From Octopus vulgaris (Eukaryota), in contig OX597814.1 of NCBI GenBank assembly GCA_951406725.2, positions 184,016,001-184,080,000 on the forward strand: a stretch of DNA of 64,000 nt, given 5' to 3'. This document shows positions 1 to 11,652 of this stretch, piece by piece. Numbering within the stretch: position 1 is the first letter of the stretch; each line of letters opens with the position of its first letter. A program made the translations under genes and the position numbers. The notes under the pieces are model-generated. The model did not search any database and was not told where the DNA came from. It worked only from the letters and a program-made list of their open reading frames with translations.

Positions 1-11
1 CTAAAGTAAAA

Positions 12-415
12 GGCGGCGAACTGGCAGAATCGTTAGCATGCCGGGCGAAATGCTTAGCGGTATTTCGTCTGTCTTTATGTTCTGAGTTCAAATTCCGCTG
101 AGGTCGACTTTGCCTTTCATCCTTTCGGGGTCGATAAATTGAATACCAGTTACGCACTGGGTCGATATAATCGACTTGATCTGTCAGTCTGTCCTTGTTT
201 GTCCTCACTGTGTTTAACCCCTTGTGGGTAGTAAAAAATAGGTATTTCTTCTGCCGCTATGTTCTGAGTTCAGATTCCGCCGAGGTCGACTTTGCCTTTC
301 ATCATTTCGGGGTCGATTAAATAAGTACCAGTTATGCACTGGGATCAATATAATCGACTTAATCCGAATCCGTTTGTCTGTCCTTTTTTTCCCCTGTGGG
401 TAGTACAGAAATAGG
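12..415 (+). mobile_element. SINE family A (tRNA-derived), head plus two tandem body units
   Basis: A-box-like TGGCAGAATCG, B-box GAGTTCAAATTCC, body GAGGTCGACTTTGCCTTTCATCCTTTCGGGGTCGATAAATT; body repeated from ~241; many further copies in the window. Confidence 0.85.
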
Positions 416-954
416 ATAACTAAAATAAGAAATAATAATTCACAGCGGTTCATTTAATGTGCCGAATCCGTTAGAAATACAACGAGCATATAAGAAGTGC
501 CACTGACGAATATCATATGACAAGAATGTGCTAAGCTTTAGAATCAAAAATGGATAACAAATTAGAGACTACCTATTAAAGATGCAATTAAAATTTCTAA
601 TGCGTATCTAATGCTCTTTTTTATTATGTATGATTAATAAATTCTGTTATGAAGTAGTTATGATTATCAAGTGATGTAACATGAAATAGATGGAATTCGA
701 AATTCTTAATGAACACATGTCACATCGGAGCAACAATAGCAATTTCAAAAGGAGTAAATTTCACTTAAAAGAAACCTAAATTCTAATTAGCAACCAAATG
801 TATCTTAACAGAGGAAATGAGCTGGGAAGACTCTATCAGTGGGAGAATACTGTGCTATGATAGAATGATGAAAAAAGAAAGCAACAATAAACCGTCCCCC
901 TCTCCAAGATATATTTTAATTGCACGTTGTCATATACATCATATACATAGTAAA

Positions 955-1342
955 AGCGGCGAGCTGGCAGAAACGTTAGCACGCCGGGCGATATGCTTAG
1001 TGGTATTTCGTCTGCCGCTACGTTCTGACTTCAATCCTTTCGGGGTCGATAAATTAAAGTACCAGTTACGCACTGGAGTCAGTATAATCGACTTAATCCG
1101 TTTGTCTGTCCTTGTTTGTCCTCTCTGTTTAGCCCCTTGTGCATAGTAAAGAAATAGGTATTTCGTCTGCCGCTACGTTCTGAGTTCAAATTCCGCCGAG
1201 GTCGACTTTGCCTTTCATCATTTCGGGGTCGATTAAATTAAGTACCAGTTACGCACTGGGGTCGATATAATCGACTTAATCCGTTTGTCTGTCCTTGTTT
1301 GTCCCCTCAGTGTTTAGCTCCTTGTAGGTAATAAAGAAATAG
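955..1342 (+). mobile_element. SINE family A, dimeric
   Basis: Same head and body; second unit starts after GTAAAGAAATAGG at ~1158. Confidence 0.85.
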
Positions 1343-1948
1343 ATATACATAGTAAAGAAACTAGTTACCTCCCTTGTATGGTTCATAGCTCGGCTCGTAA
1401 TGATCTTAGATTGAACTAGAAAGACATTACTTAAAAAAGACGTTCGTTTGAAAACTACTAATCTTGAATTATACAAAGACAGGAAAACGGGAAGCGTTAC
1501 CCAAAGGCAGTAATGTGTTTTATTTGTATGAGACAATAAATAACAATCAGTACTTTTCCTTGCGAAAGTTAAGATAGAACATTGCATTAGATTTGTCATA
1601 AAATGCAATGTATATGATGAAGAATAGTGGGTCAAAAACCCAAGGCAAGTTCACTTTATTGACATTATGATTTTTGATTATTCATCTTATATTAGATGAA
1701 TATATATGTCTCGCAACCCTCTTTTCACAATAGCCATTTCACTTTCAATGGCATGTACTCACATACAGTTATGAATACTCTGTGAAGTTCTTATTTAGCC
1801 GTGAGGTTTTACAGTTTTAAGCGCGTAATGTTCCTTTTAGTGTAGAAATTTATTTGTGGTGTAACCTAAATTAACTACTTCTAAACTAACCCATTGAACT
1901 TGCTTAGAGATTACTGCTTGATTTATATATAAGTTTAGGCAAGAAATG

Positions 1949-2361
1949 AGATCTTTTCGGTTTGAACGGCAGTTTTTTAAAATAATTTCCACGTAACTAA
2001 ACACTTTTAAACTTCGTATACTGGTAGAATGTGTTAATAAAACATCTTTTTCTCTTGGCTTTATTGAGAAAATTCTATAGTTTGTAAGATGTTTGTTGGT
2101 TTTTTTCTTCAATTTCTGCAATTTCAACCAATCAATGACGTCTATTTGAGGTGAAAACATTCTGTGCCCTATGAATATGTCCCTCGTTTAAGAAACAGAT
2201 TGGGTTTATTTACACTTCTGAAGAAAAAAGATACCCTTCTCCCCACCCCTAACCCTAACCCTAAAACAGAAATGCAATAGATCGATACTAGGGTCATAAT
2301 TATGGGTGACAATTTCATATGACACCGCTAGAAAAAACTGCCGTTCAAACCGAAAAGATCC
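1949..2361. mobile_element. MITE with ~28-bp TIRs and 8-bp TSD (Merlin-like or hAT-like)
   Basis: TIR GATCTTTTCGGTTTGAACGGCAGTTTTT / AAAAACTGCCGTTCAAACCGAAAAGATCC; TSD AAGAAATG at 1941-1948 and 2362-2369; internal CCCTAA repeats; second copy at 30200. Confidence 0.9.
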
Positions 2362-3304
2362 AAGAAATGTTTGTAGCGAACCAAACCTATTCTGCCAACA
2401 ACTTTGTTGAAGAGCAAAGTCATTACCATGGGGATTTGAACTCAGAACATAAAAGAATGTTGCAAATATCCATATCGTTCTGTACTCTATGCCTGTCTGT
2501 CTGTCTCTCTCTCTGCTGTCTCTGTTGTCCGCTTGCTCTAAAGTTTATTCCTAAGTTAATAAGATTCTCGGATAACATAAAACATTGTTATTGTACAAAA
2601 TTTGCATATAGTCACGTATATTACGTTAACAGGAATATCACATTCGCTTCATATGTAGCAGAAATATATCTAAATACATTCTTACACATTCACAGAAAGG
2701 TTATGTTATTTTCACCATTTAACTTTGTATTAACTATTTATTGAGTGAACTCTTTGCAAATGTGTTACGTGAAAATATGTACATACATTTGGTATCATGG
2801 AATCACTGGCAATTGTAAGGTAACTTAAAACTCTAATCAGATTCTATGGTAGCAATGGGAAATATAACGTTTTGCTAGAAACATCAATAGACTGTGTAGC
2901 TTATGATACAAACAGAGTGTTTGAAGTATATTAATGTCAACTAACTCTGGAGAGAAAAATTGAAATACCAAAACAGTCTTTTGAAGGCACAACAGAAGCT
3001 GCATATTTATCACTCTAAGCCTTTCCATTGTGAATTTGATGAATATATCTAACTATCTATTCCTTATTGGTTTACAGAAATGCTTTGAACAAATTCATAA
3101 CAGTCGTGGGATCCAACGTTTTCTTGAAGAAATAAAAGAAATAAATGTTGTCTTAGAAAGTCATCGATAAAATGTTTGCATGATTGCCGAGATACATTCC
3201 TTTAAAATTACCATCATGAGATTAAGAAAAAAAACAAAAAAAAAACAAATAGGGCATTAATAATTTTCCGAAATTTGATCATCAAACATAATTTCTTTAC
3301 ATGC

Positions 3305-3492
3305 TTTTTTTACATTATTTACATGATTTACATTTGACAGCTATTTGTCCTCATCTTGTTTGTTGTTAACATAATGTTTCGGTTCATATACCCTCCAGGC
3401 TTCATCAGGTGCCTTGGGGAAATTTCGAACCTGGGTTCTCATTCCTAAGATATTTTTCGATGTTGTTGTTGTTGTTGTTATTATTATTATTA

Positions 3493-3553
<61 letters not shown>

Positions 3554-3630
3554 CCAGGTCACTGCCTGGAATGGAACTCGGAAACTTAGGTTCAGTAACC
3601 CGCGCTCTTAACTACTAAGCCATATGTCCA
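3305..3630 (-). mobile_element. tRNA-headed short retroelement with internal (TAA)n and a degenerate hammerhead-like 3' part
   Basis: Minus strand reads TGGCTTAGTAGTTAAGAGCG...GAGTTCCATTCC (A/B boxes), then (AAT)n, then CTGATGA...GAAAC; partial inverted copy at 3631-3728. Confidence 0.6.
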
Positions 3631-3728
3631 CGGGCATATGGCGAGTTCGATTCCAGGCAGTGACCTGAATAATAATGATGATAATAATAATAATAACATC
3701 GAAATATACCTTAGGAATGAGAACCCAG
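3631..3728 (+). repeat. Internally deleted inverted copy of the 3305-3630 element
   Basis: GAGTTCGATTCCAGGCAGTGACCTG(AAT)n...CATCGAAATATACCTTAGGAATGAGAACCCAG matches the reverse complement of ~3430-3580. Confidence 0.8.
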
Positions 3729-3734
3729 ATCATA

Positions 3735-3966
3735 TATATGTATATGTATATATATGTGTGTGTTTGTGTCTGTGTTGGTTCACCCAACATCGCTTGACAA
3801 CCGATGGTGGTATGTTTACGTCCCCGTAACTTAGCAGTTCGGCAAAGAGACCGATAGAATAAGTACTAGGCTTACAAAGAATAAGTCCTGGGTTCGATTT
3901 GTTCGACTAAAAGCTGTGCTCCAGCATAGGCACAGTCAAATGACTGAAACAATTAAGAGTAAAAGA
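3735..3966 (+). mobile_element. SINE family B, 3' half
   Basis: CATCGCTTGACAACCGATGG...CAGTCAAATGACTGAAACAA shared with full copies. Confidence 0.8.
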
Positions 3967-5443
3967 ACATCATATTTTGAGAACGTATTTCTTAGAGTCG
4001 TAGAGTATTTTCTTACAGGATATTTATCTGATATTTCACTTCACTGCCGTATCTAGATTATACTGATGGAGCAGAACATTGCCGTAAGTGTAGCGATAGA
4101 AGGAAAACTTAGACCTCTGCAACCTGAAGTAGCGTTTAGAGTTAGTGCCTTCTTTTGTAGGGGAAAATAACGTTAAATATTCATGCTCTCATATATTTAT
4201 TTGTTCACACGCCTTCTTTTCTATCAAAATATTTCTCGTAAACTAGTAAACTGCATATATACTAGTCCTATTATTCTACAGTGGCCAACAACAGCCGTGT
4301 GCTTGCTTGATTTGGCGCTAATCTATATGGAACGGCAGTATATAGGAAAAAGACCCCTTAGAAGACTCAATGTTTTCACATTAACACCATTAGCATGAAT
4401 AAGGCTTCAGCATGTCTGTGCAAAGGCTTCATAAAGTTTCTCAGGGAGTTTCAGTTGTATGACAGGCATTATATGGACTTTATTAATGCGTTACATCTTC
4501 AAATATAGTTTGAGCCATTGATCCAAGTTTTACATAGAATATTTTCTCGGTTACTGGATATGGACAGTGGATATGGACATTTTTTGGATAGGGTGTTACT
4601 CAGAGTACATATGATTATTTTAACTTAAACTTATAGATATGGTTTTTGTTATTGGAAGCTGAAGGCTTCATTTCCTCTTTGAAATAAAAACCTGTAGAAA
4701 TTCGTATTTGTGAGCAATTAAGAAGTGATTTAAATGAAGCTATCATAATTAACAAATAGCTGGTTGGATTAAAATTAATTTTTTAGAGAAGTGATGTTGA
4801 GTAAATTAATTGTTTTCCAAACTATTTTGGATACATATGATTATCTTAGCTGTCTCTATCATTTTAACTTTAAAAGAATAATAGGTGTGAAAGACAGTTA
4901 AAAACATGAAGAATGATAACAGTCGTATTGAATTTTTTAATGCGGCCTATGATCTTTGTGTGCAGCAGAAGCCTCACTGCACAGTCTAAATAATGTAGAC
5001 TTATTCCAGTTTAGATCTCACTTGAGATCAGGAGAGATTCAGTAATAAATCAAAGCTGAAGCATTTTCTGGTTTTCAAAAAGTAATACAGATGCAGTTTT
5101 AGTGATGCTATGTACTTAAAGTAGCAAAGGAAGATCATAAAAGATCATAGGATCAAACATTTGTGTGCTTCGGCTTTCAATGTCCAAGAATAGAGAAGGC
5201 GAGATATGATAATATTTCTTTCATATGAGAGATAATTGCCATGTAACTTTTCATGGTTTATTCAAAGTCTCTGTCCGTAGATATAGTGAAAACATCACGT
5301 AAACAGTCTACTTTGTATGTGAATGATATCAGTCTGCGGATATTGACCCATATCTGGCCCAAATATTCTACCAGTTTTACGTTAAAACTAATCAGATAGA
5401 ACCTCTCCCACTTATCTTACAATACCATGCTAAAACATAAAAA

Positions 5444-5607
5444 CAGGAGCAGGAGTGGCTGTGTGATAAGTAGCTTGCTTACCAACCACATGGTTCCGGG
5501 TTCATTCCCACTGCGTGGCACCTTCGGCAAGTGTCTTCTACTATAGCCTCGGGCCGACCAAAGCCTTGTGAGTCGATTTGGTCGACAAAAACTGAAAGAA
5601 GCCTGTC

Positions 5608-5697
<90 letters not shown>

Positions 5698-5912
5698 ATG
5701 TTTGTGTGTCTGTGTTTGTCCCCCCAACATCGCTTGACAACCGATGGTGGTGTGTTTATGTCCCAGTAAGTTAGCAGTTTTGCAAAAGAGACCGATAGAA
5801 TAAGTACTAGGCTTACAAAGAATAAGTCCTGGGGTCGATTTGCTTGATTAAAGGCGGTGCTCCTCCATGGCCGCAGTCAAATGACTGAAATAAGTAAAAG
5901 AGTAAAAGAGAG
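5444..5912 (+). mobile_element. SINE family B (tRNA head, CORE-like domain, internal (TA)n(TG)n)
   Basis: GGAGTGGCTGTGTG head, GGCACCTT(G/C)GGCAAGTGTCTT CORE-like segment, GTAAAAGA tail repeats; about 10 copies in the window. Confidence 0.85.
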
Positions 5913-6011
5913 TAAACACACCATTGAAATCTTGAAGTCATGAGATAATGCGAGATTAATTCAAAATAGTATGAATGAATGAACAATACGTTTGTCAAAG
6001 AGATATGAAAG

Positions 6012-6200
6012 CTAAAGAGTTAAAAAGAAGTGAAGTGTGGCATCATCTGCATATAAGTGAATATTGGTAGAACCGACTGAAAGTAGGCCCCTCATGAACA
6101 TCAAAGTAAACAGAATAAAGTTAGAAAAGATTTTCATCTGTAGAGGTTGCGATTGTGTGGTCTGACAGGATGTAAGTGAAGCTGCATTCAAGTTGCAGAT
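6012..6200 (-). pseudogene. Non-LTR retrotransposon reverse transcriptase fragment (CR1/Jockey-like)
   Basis: Translation ...FILFTLMFMRGLLSVGSTNIHLYADDATLH contains the YADD motif in RT context. Confidence 0.65.
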
Positions 6201-6249
6201 AAAGTCTTTTTGGCTCTCTATTAACAGCGTCACTAAATATATAATGATA

Positions 6250-6564
6250 AACGATAAACGTCGCCCTTTTCAAGCCTAGCCAGGTTCATGGGCCCGGTTT
6301 GCCGGTTTCTCTGGCGTATGTGTTCCCCACCACCCCAGCTGACCGGGACGTCAGTCCATCGCAGCGTTCCTCAAGAAACAGGAAGAGAAAGTTAGAGAAG
6401 GTTGTGGCGAAAGAGTACAACAGGGGTCGCCACCACCCCTGCCGGAGCCTCATGGGGCTTTTAGCTGTTTTCGCTCAATAAACACAAACAACGCCCAGTC
6501 TGGGAATCGAAACCGCCGCGATCCTCCGACGCGAGTCCGCTGCTCTAACCATTGCGCCTCCACA
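6250..6564 (-). mobile_element. SINE family C (tRNA-Arg-like head) with 15-bp TSD
   Basis: Reverse complement of the copy at 54986; TSD AAATATATAATGATA at 6235-6249 and 6565-6579. Confidence 0.9.
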
Positions 6565-7116
6565 AAATATATAATGATACGACTTCCTAAATATATTCAC
6601 AACTTACGCTACGTTGGCGCTCCAGTAATTAATACTGTACCTTCAAAATTGTATTATATGTAATTCACAATCGTGGTTTATAAATTAATACTAACCTTCT
6701 GTTACACTCGTTCAGTTGTTTAAAAAGGGAAGGTAAACGGTTTCTGACAAGTCGGAAGAGAGTCGAAGTTAGCCTGTTCGATTCTTGCCGCAAAATTGTC
6801 AAAAAGCCCATGGCGTACATTCACATGTGAGAAAACATTTATCTGTATACAATTACACATGTACACACGCGTGTGCGCGCACACAAGCAAGCATATAAGC
6901 TTGTGCTCGTTCTTTACAGACGAAAGAGTACACATGCAATACGTACAGACATCATATTTACTGAGACAGCTTCTATTTCCATCATATATGAGTGTGTGTA
7001 TACATATATACATATATACATATGTAAGAATTTTTGCTGTAATGAGATTAAAAAAAGCCAAGGCTGTATAGATATTAGAGCATTTATAGATGGGTCTTAG
7101 AGTTGTTTCCAGGATA

Positions 7117-7414
7117 TCTTTATATATAAAAGTGAACTTGTGTGTCTGTCTCCTACGATTTAGATTCCTAACTACTCCCACATTTTGCGGTGTAGTTTAA
7201 CCAAAGCGGGTATCTTATAGTCGTGATTCATATCGAGCCCTTCTGGGTATTAGCGCGCGTCTACGATGAGTCTACGATTTAAAAAAAAATTTACCATAAT
7301 TTTTTCCCATTTTTAATGCATTTTTTTGCTATTATATAAGGGAAGTAACTCTCTAAAGATGCTTATATAGTTATTTACCTTACAAACCCGAGCAACGCCG
7401 GGCGATACTGCTAG
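7117..7414 (+). mobile_element. Non-autonomous Helitron (~300 bp)
   Basis: 5' TCTTTATATATAAAAG after an A; subterminal hairpin CCCGAGCAACGCCGGG; 3' CTAG followed by T; no TSD. Confidence 0.8.
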
Positions 7415-7599
7415 TTAATTAATAAAATCCTTTCATCGGAGACGGTGTGAGAGGAAAGTTAAGTCATAGTTAGTTTAGATGTGATACAAAATAGAGAGTG
7501 GGGTGGAGAAAAGAAAATAGATGCAAGATATAGTTAGTTTAGATATACATATATATATGTGCGTGCGTCGGTAAGGATGTATACCTTTGCAAACACACG

Positions 7600-7770
<171 letters not shown>

Positions 7771-8149
7771 GTGTGCGTGCGCGAGTGTATGTAGCCATAT
7801 GTTACAATAAGTTATGTACCTTGTACTACGTCTTGCATTCGATGCCTTTTCTGAATATTTAAATATTTGTCTTTGCTTGTGTAAATGTGCTTCACTTGTA
7901 GGAGATGTATCGTTATTTTCATTACAGCGTTTTTTGTTATTTTCGCGTGCTTTATCAGTACAATCTCGTGCATCTCTCGATGATTTAAGTACGTGCTGTG
8001 TGCCTAGGATATATAATTTTTTTCTTTTTTGGGGTGGGTGGTATATGATCTTGGATTGAATGTACTATTGCTAATATGTATGTAATGTGTGTTGTATTTG
8101 AAAATATTTGCGTTTGGTTACATTTGTCAACATATGTTTTCTCATTTGT

Positions 8150-8201
8150 CTGCACCTCTTCTTTTTATTCAGAAGACATTTGCAAATTATCATCATCATC
8201 C

Positions 8202-8253
<52 letters not shown>

Positions 8254-8353
8254 CATTATTATTATTATTATCATCATTATTATTATCATCATCATCATCA
8301 TTATTATTACCTCTTCTTTTTATTCAGAAGACATATGCAAATTATCATCATCC

Positions 8354-8447
<94 letters not shown>

Positions 8448-8475
8448 TATTATTATTATCATCATTATCATCATT

Positions 8476-8507
<32 letters not shown>

Positions 8508-8508
8508 A

Positions 8509-8565
<57 letters not shown>
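8150..8565. repeat. (TTA)/(TCA) microsatellite containing a duplicated ~45-bp unique motif
   Basis: CCTCTTCTTTTATTCAGAAGACAT(T/A)TGCAAATTATCATCATC at ~8155 and ~8310. Confidence 0.9.
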
Positions 8566-8744
8566 TTATTGCTACGAAACGCATCGGACGTGTTTTGGAA
8601 CGCTCCAAGTCCAGTTCATAATACTTATTTACGCCAGGATTTGAGTCCTTGTTCAATGACTATTTTATTCCAAGTTGTGAATAGAAACACCAGGAACCAA
8701 ACAATTTCGGTGGGCGTTAAATTTAATTGAACCAAATACAACTC

Positions 8745-9990
8745 CACAAGATGGCGGAGCGCATCTTGAAAGAGTTGAGAAAAAAAAAATCCTCCTACCA
8801 ATATGGTAATGGGTGAAGACTTCCATCCTCTTCCCTCCGTTACGGGCAACAATACATGGGAAGGGGAGGAGGAGAAAAACAAGAGTGTCGTGGTTCAAAG
8901 TCCAGCCAACCAGTGACAACAATACTAGCAAAAACACCAACAGCCGTAGAAATGACAACAGCAGCAGCCACAAAAGTGACGGCAGCCGCAGCAGTAGTAG
9001 TAATGATAGCAACAACAATCACAAAAAAGGCAGCAACGGCAGCGGCAGTAGCGATAGCAACAATAACAACAACGAGAGCAAAAGTGACACCAATACCAAT
9101 AACATCGATAAGAACAACAACAGAAACAAAAACGAGAAAAATACCAATAATAAAAATACGTTCGCAGCAGTAGCAGAGGAAAACGAACAACGCTTTTCCG
9201 TAGACCTCACAAATAGGGAGCAGATGCTGCCAGAAGCGTGGGAACTAATAAAACAAGAGAAGACGTGGGCCAACCTGACAATCCCATCAGAGGCAATTGA
9301 AGCAGTGGAGATGCTTTTCAGATGCATCTCAGCAGACACCAAAATAACGAGCGGCTTTGATAACCCAAGTAGATAATGAGGTGGCGTTGAGGTGCATTAG
9401 AAATGACATCGAATACATAGCGAGTGGCAAACAATACGGCACCATTTCAATGACCCCCTGCAAAACCAGCCAAGTCATCATGTAGCTCTCCCTCATGGAG
9501 AAACGTATAGCCCATGTCCGCATTCCTAGAATCCCACCAGGACTAGATATTTGGTGGCTTCTGGGATGCGTAATTTTGGAGGGGCTGGGTACTGTTCCGA
9601 TAAAGGTGACAACAACTGCCGGGGAAGACTGGTCCAAAGGTGACCTGGAGATATTTCTCCAGATCAGACCCGAAAACATAGGAAAACTTCTGGGCCACGT
9701 CCGTCTCCAGAACGGTTATGTGATACATATCACGACTGAGAGCAAAAGACATTGTTGTTTCGCTCCTGGAGAAACGACTCATTTACGAACTCGCTACCCT
9801 AACTGTTATAAAGTGCACGGGATGAAAGGCGTCCACTGCTGCCTACACCGGGACAAGAACCACAAACGACACCAGCACCGGCAAAGCCACCAGCAACAAC
9901 ACCAAAGAAATTAACCACCCTAGGAGGAAACAAGAAAAGCTGTCCCACCTCCTCACACCAAACAAAAATACACACATAAACAAGAGGCAA
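8745..9990 (+). pseudogene. Decayed gag-like ORF1 of a non-LTR retrotransposon
   Basis: N/S-rich linker, TFAAVA motif, degenerate zinc knuckle CFAPGETTHLRTRYP at ~9755-9800; interrupted by stops and frameshifts. Confidence 0.5.
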
Positions 9991-10014
9991 TAGTCACCCA
10001 GTTTTAATGGTCGG

Positions 10015-10525
10015 CCTATGAATGGAACTGGGAAAGAGCAGAAGGACAGTTTCATATATCTGGGAACTTGGATAAAATCAGATGGAAGGTCAGATAAAGA
10101 CATCAAGTGTGGAACTGGATTAGCAATGAAGACTTTTATGGATATGAGGAGCATTTTTTGTGCAAAGAGAATTGGAATGGAAGTCAAGAAAAGACTATTG
10201 AAGTGCTACATCTGGTCGGTGCTAACTTAAAGATGTGAGTCTTGGACGATAAGCAAAGTCATGGAGAAGAGACTCAAAGCTGCAGAAATGTGGCTTTATA
10301 AAAAGATTCCTTAGACTTTCGTGGGTACAGAAGGTTACGAATGTGGAAGTGTTGAAGAAGATGAACGTGAAGATACAGTTGATGGATACTGTCAGAGAGA
10401 GACAGTGGAGAATTGTTGGTCATTTTCTCAGATAGGATGACGGAATGGAGCGGTGCATCGTGGAGACTGAGTTGGTGGGAAGGAAAGCGAGAGGAAGGCA
10501 GAGAAAGATATTCGACTGAATGAAG
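10015..10525 (+). pseudogene. RTE-clade LINE, 3' RT fragment
   Basis: SFIYLGTWIKSDGRSDKDIK...KKRLLKCYIWSVLT*RCESWT...RLKAAEMW is typical of the RTE/BovB C-terminus. Confidence 0.85.
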
Positions 10526-10539
10526 AAGAGAATAATCTT

Positions 10540-11580
10540 GCATAGGATTTCTAGTTGAAGTTTCAATGGATTTGAGGTCAATGCTCCGATCACCACTGGT
10601 ATCACTTTTACATTACACTCTCGCATTCCATGCAGTCTTGCCGTTTTCACTTTCAATTCGGAGTACTTGGTGATTTTTTCAACCACTTTACTTACAACAT
10701 TCATGTCATTTGGTATGGCTACATCAATGATCTGACAGTATTTGTCTCTCTTACTCAATATGACAATATCCGGCCGACAATGTTCGATTACACGATCCGT
10801 CTGAAAATCATAGTTCTAAAGTACCTTTACTTTTCCATCCTTCTGCATAACTTTACTCGGAACATGCTCATACCAGTTCTCTGTTACTTCATATTGGTAT
10901 TTACCGCAAAAGTGGGTCACATTTTCCACACTCTTTCCACAGAGTATGCATTTTTAGGTGTCAGAAGTTTATAGACGTTATACTTCACTGACTTGGTAGT
11001 GAGAGCCTTGTCTTGTGCAGCAATGATCAGGCTTTCGGTGGTACGTTTGAAATCACCTCGCTGAAGTTATGCCCACTGTGCTGTATTATCCTTAACGTCC
11101 TGTATATTCCTTTCAAACTGTCCATGCATTCTCATTTCAAGAAAGTCTTCTTTTCTCTTCTCCTCAGCTCTTTTCTTATACTCTTCCTTGCCCATCATTT
11201 CATCTGCATTTACACCCATATCTTTGGCGACATATTGCAGCAGGTCTTCATCACTATTTATCAAATACTTACTCCTGATACAAATTAGTCTTCTGCCACC
11301 AGTCTTTATTTTCATATACAGCATGTTTACATTTGCTCTAGGGTGTAGTGCCTCATGCAGCGTCATGAACTTTCTCATCCTTCTATCCAGTGTTGATATT
11401 TCCTCCATAGTCCATTTGATGATGGACCCACTATATCTGACCACCGCAACTGCCTAGATATTCATTGCGGTAATCAAACTTTTGGCATTCAGGTGGGATT
11501 TCAACACCATCTTCATCCCTTTTTGATATGCCTCGCTGACTTTGATTTTCATTTCAGGGAGACAAGGACACAGAAAGATA
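10540..11580 (-). pseudogene. R4/Dong-clade LINE remnant (RT C-terminus plus restriction-like endonuclease)
   Basis: VRYSGSIIKW...LDRRMRK...LHPRANV...GGRRL; MHGQF; RPDIVI...IIDVAIP...KITKYSEL...IPVVIGAL (PD-D..K RLE motif). Confidence 0.85.
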
Positions 11581-11619
11581 TTATTATTAGTTGTTGTTGT
11601 TGTTGTTATTATTATTATT

Positions 11620-11652
<33 letters not shown>

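Noticed and set aside
8071-8730. Long ORFs of poly-I, poly-Y, poly-H and poly-L (and similar YI, CV and HT ORFs across the window)
   Set aside because: Translations of stop-free microsatellites, not genes
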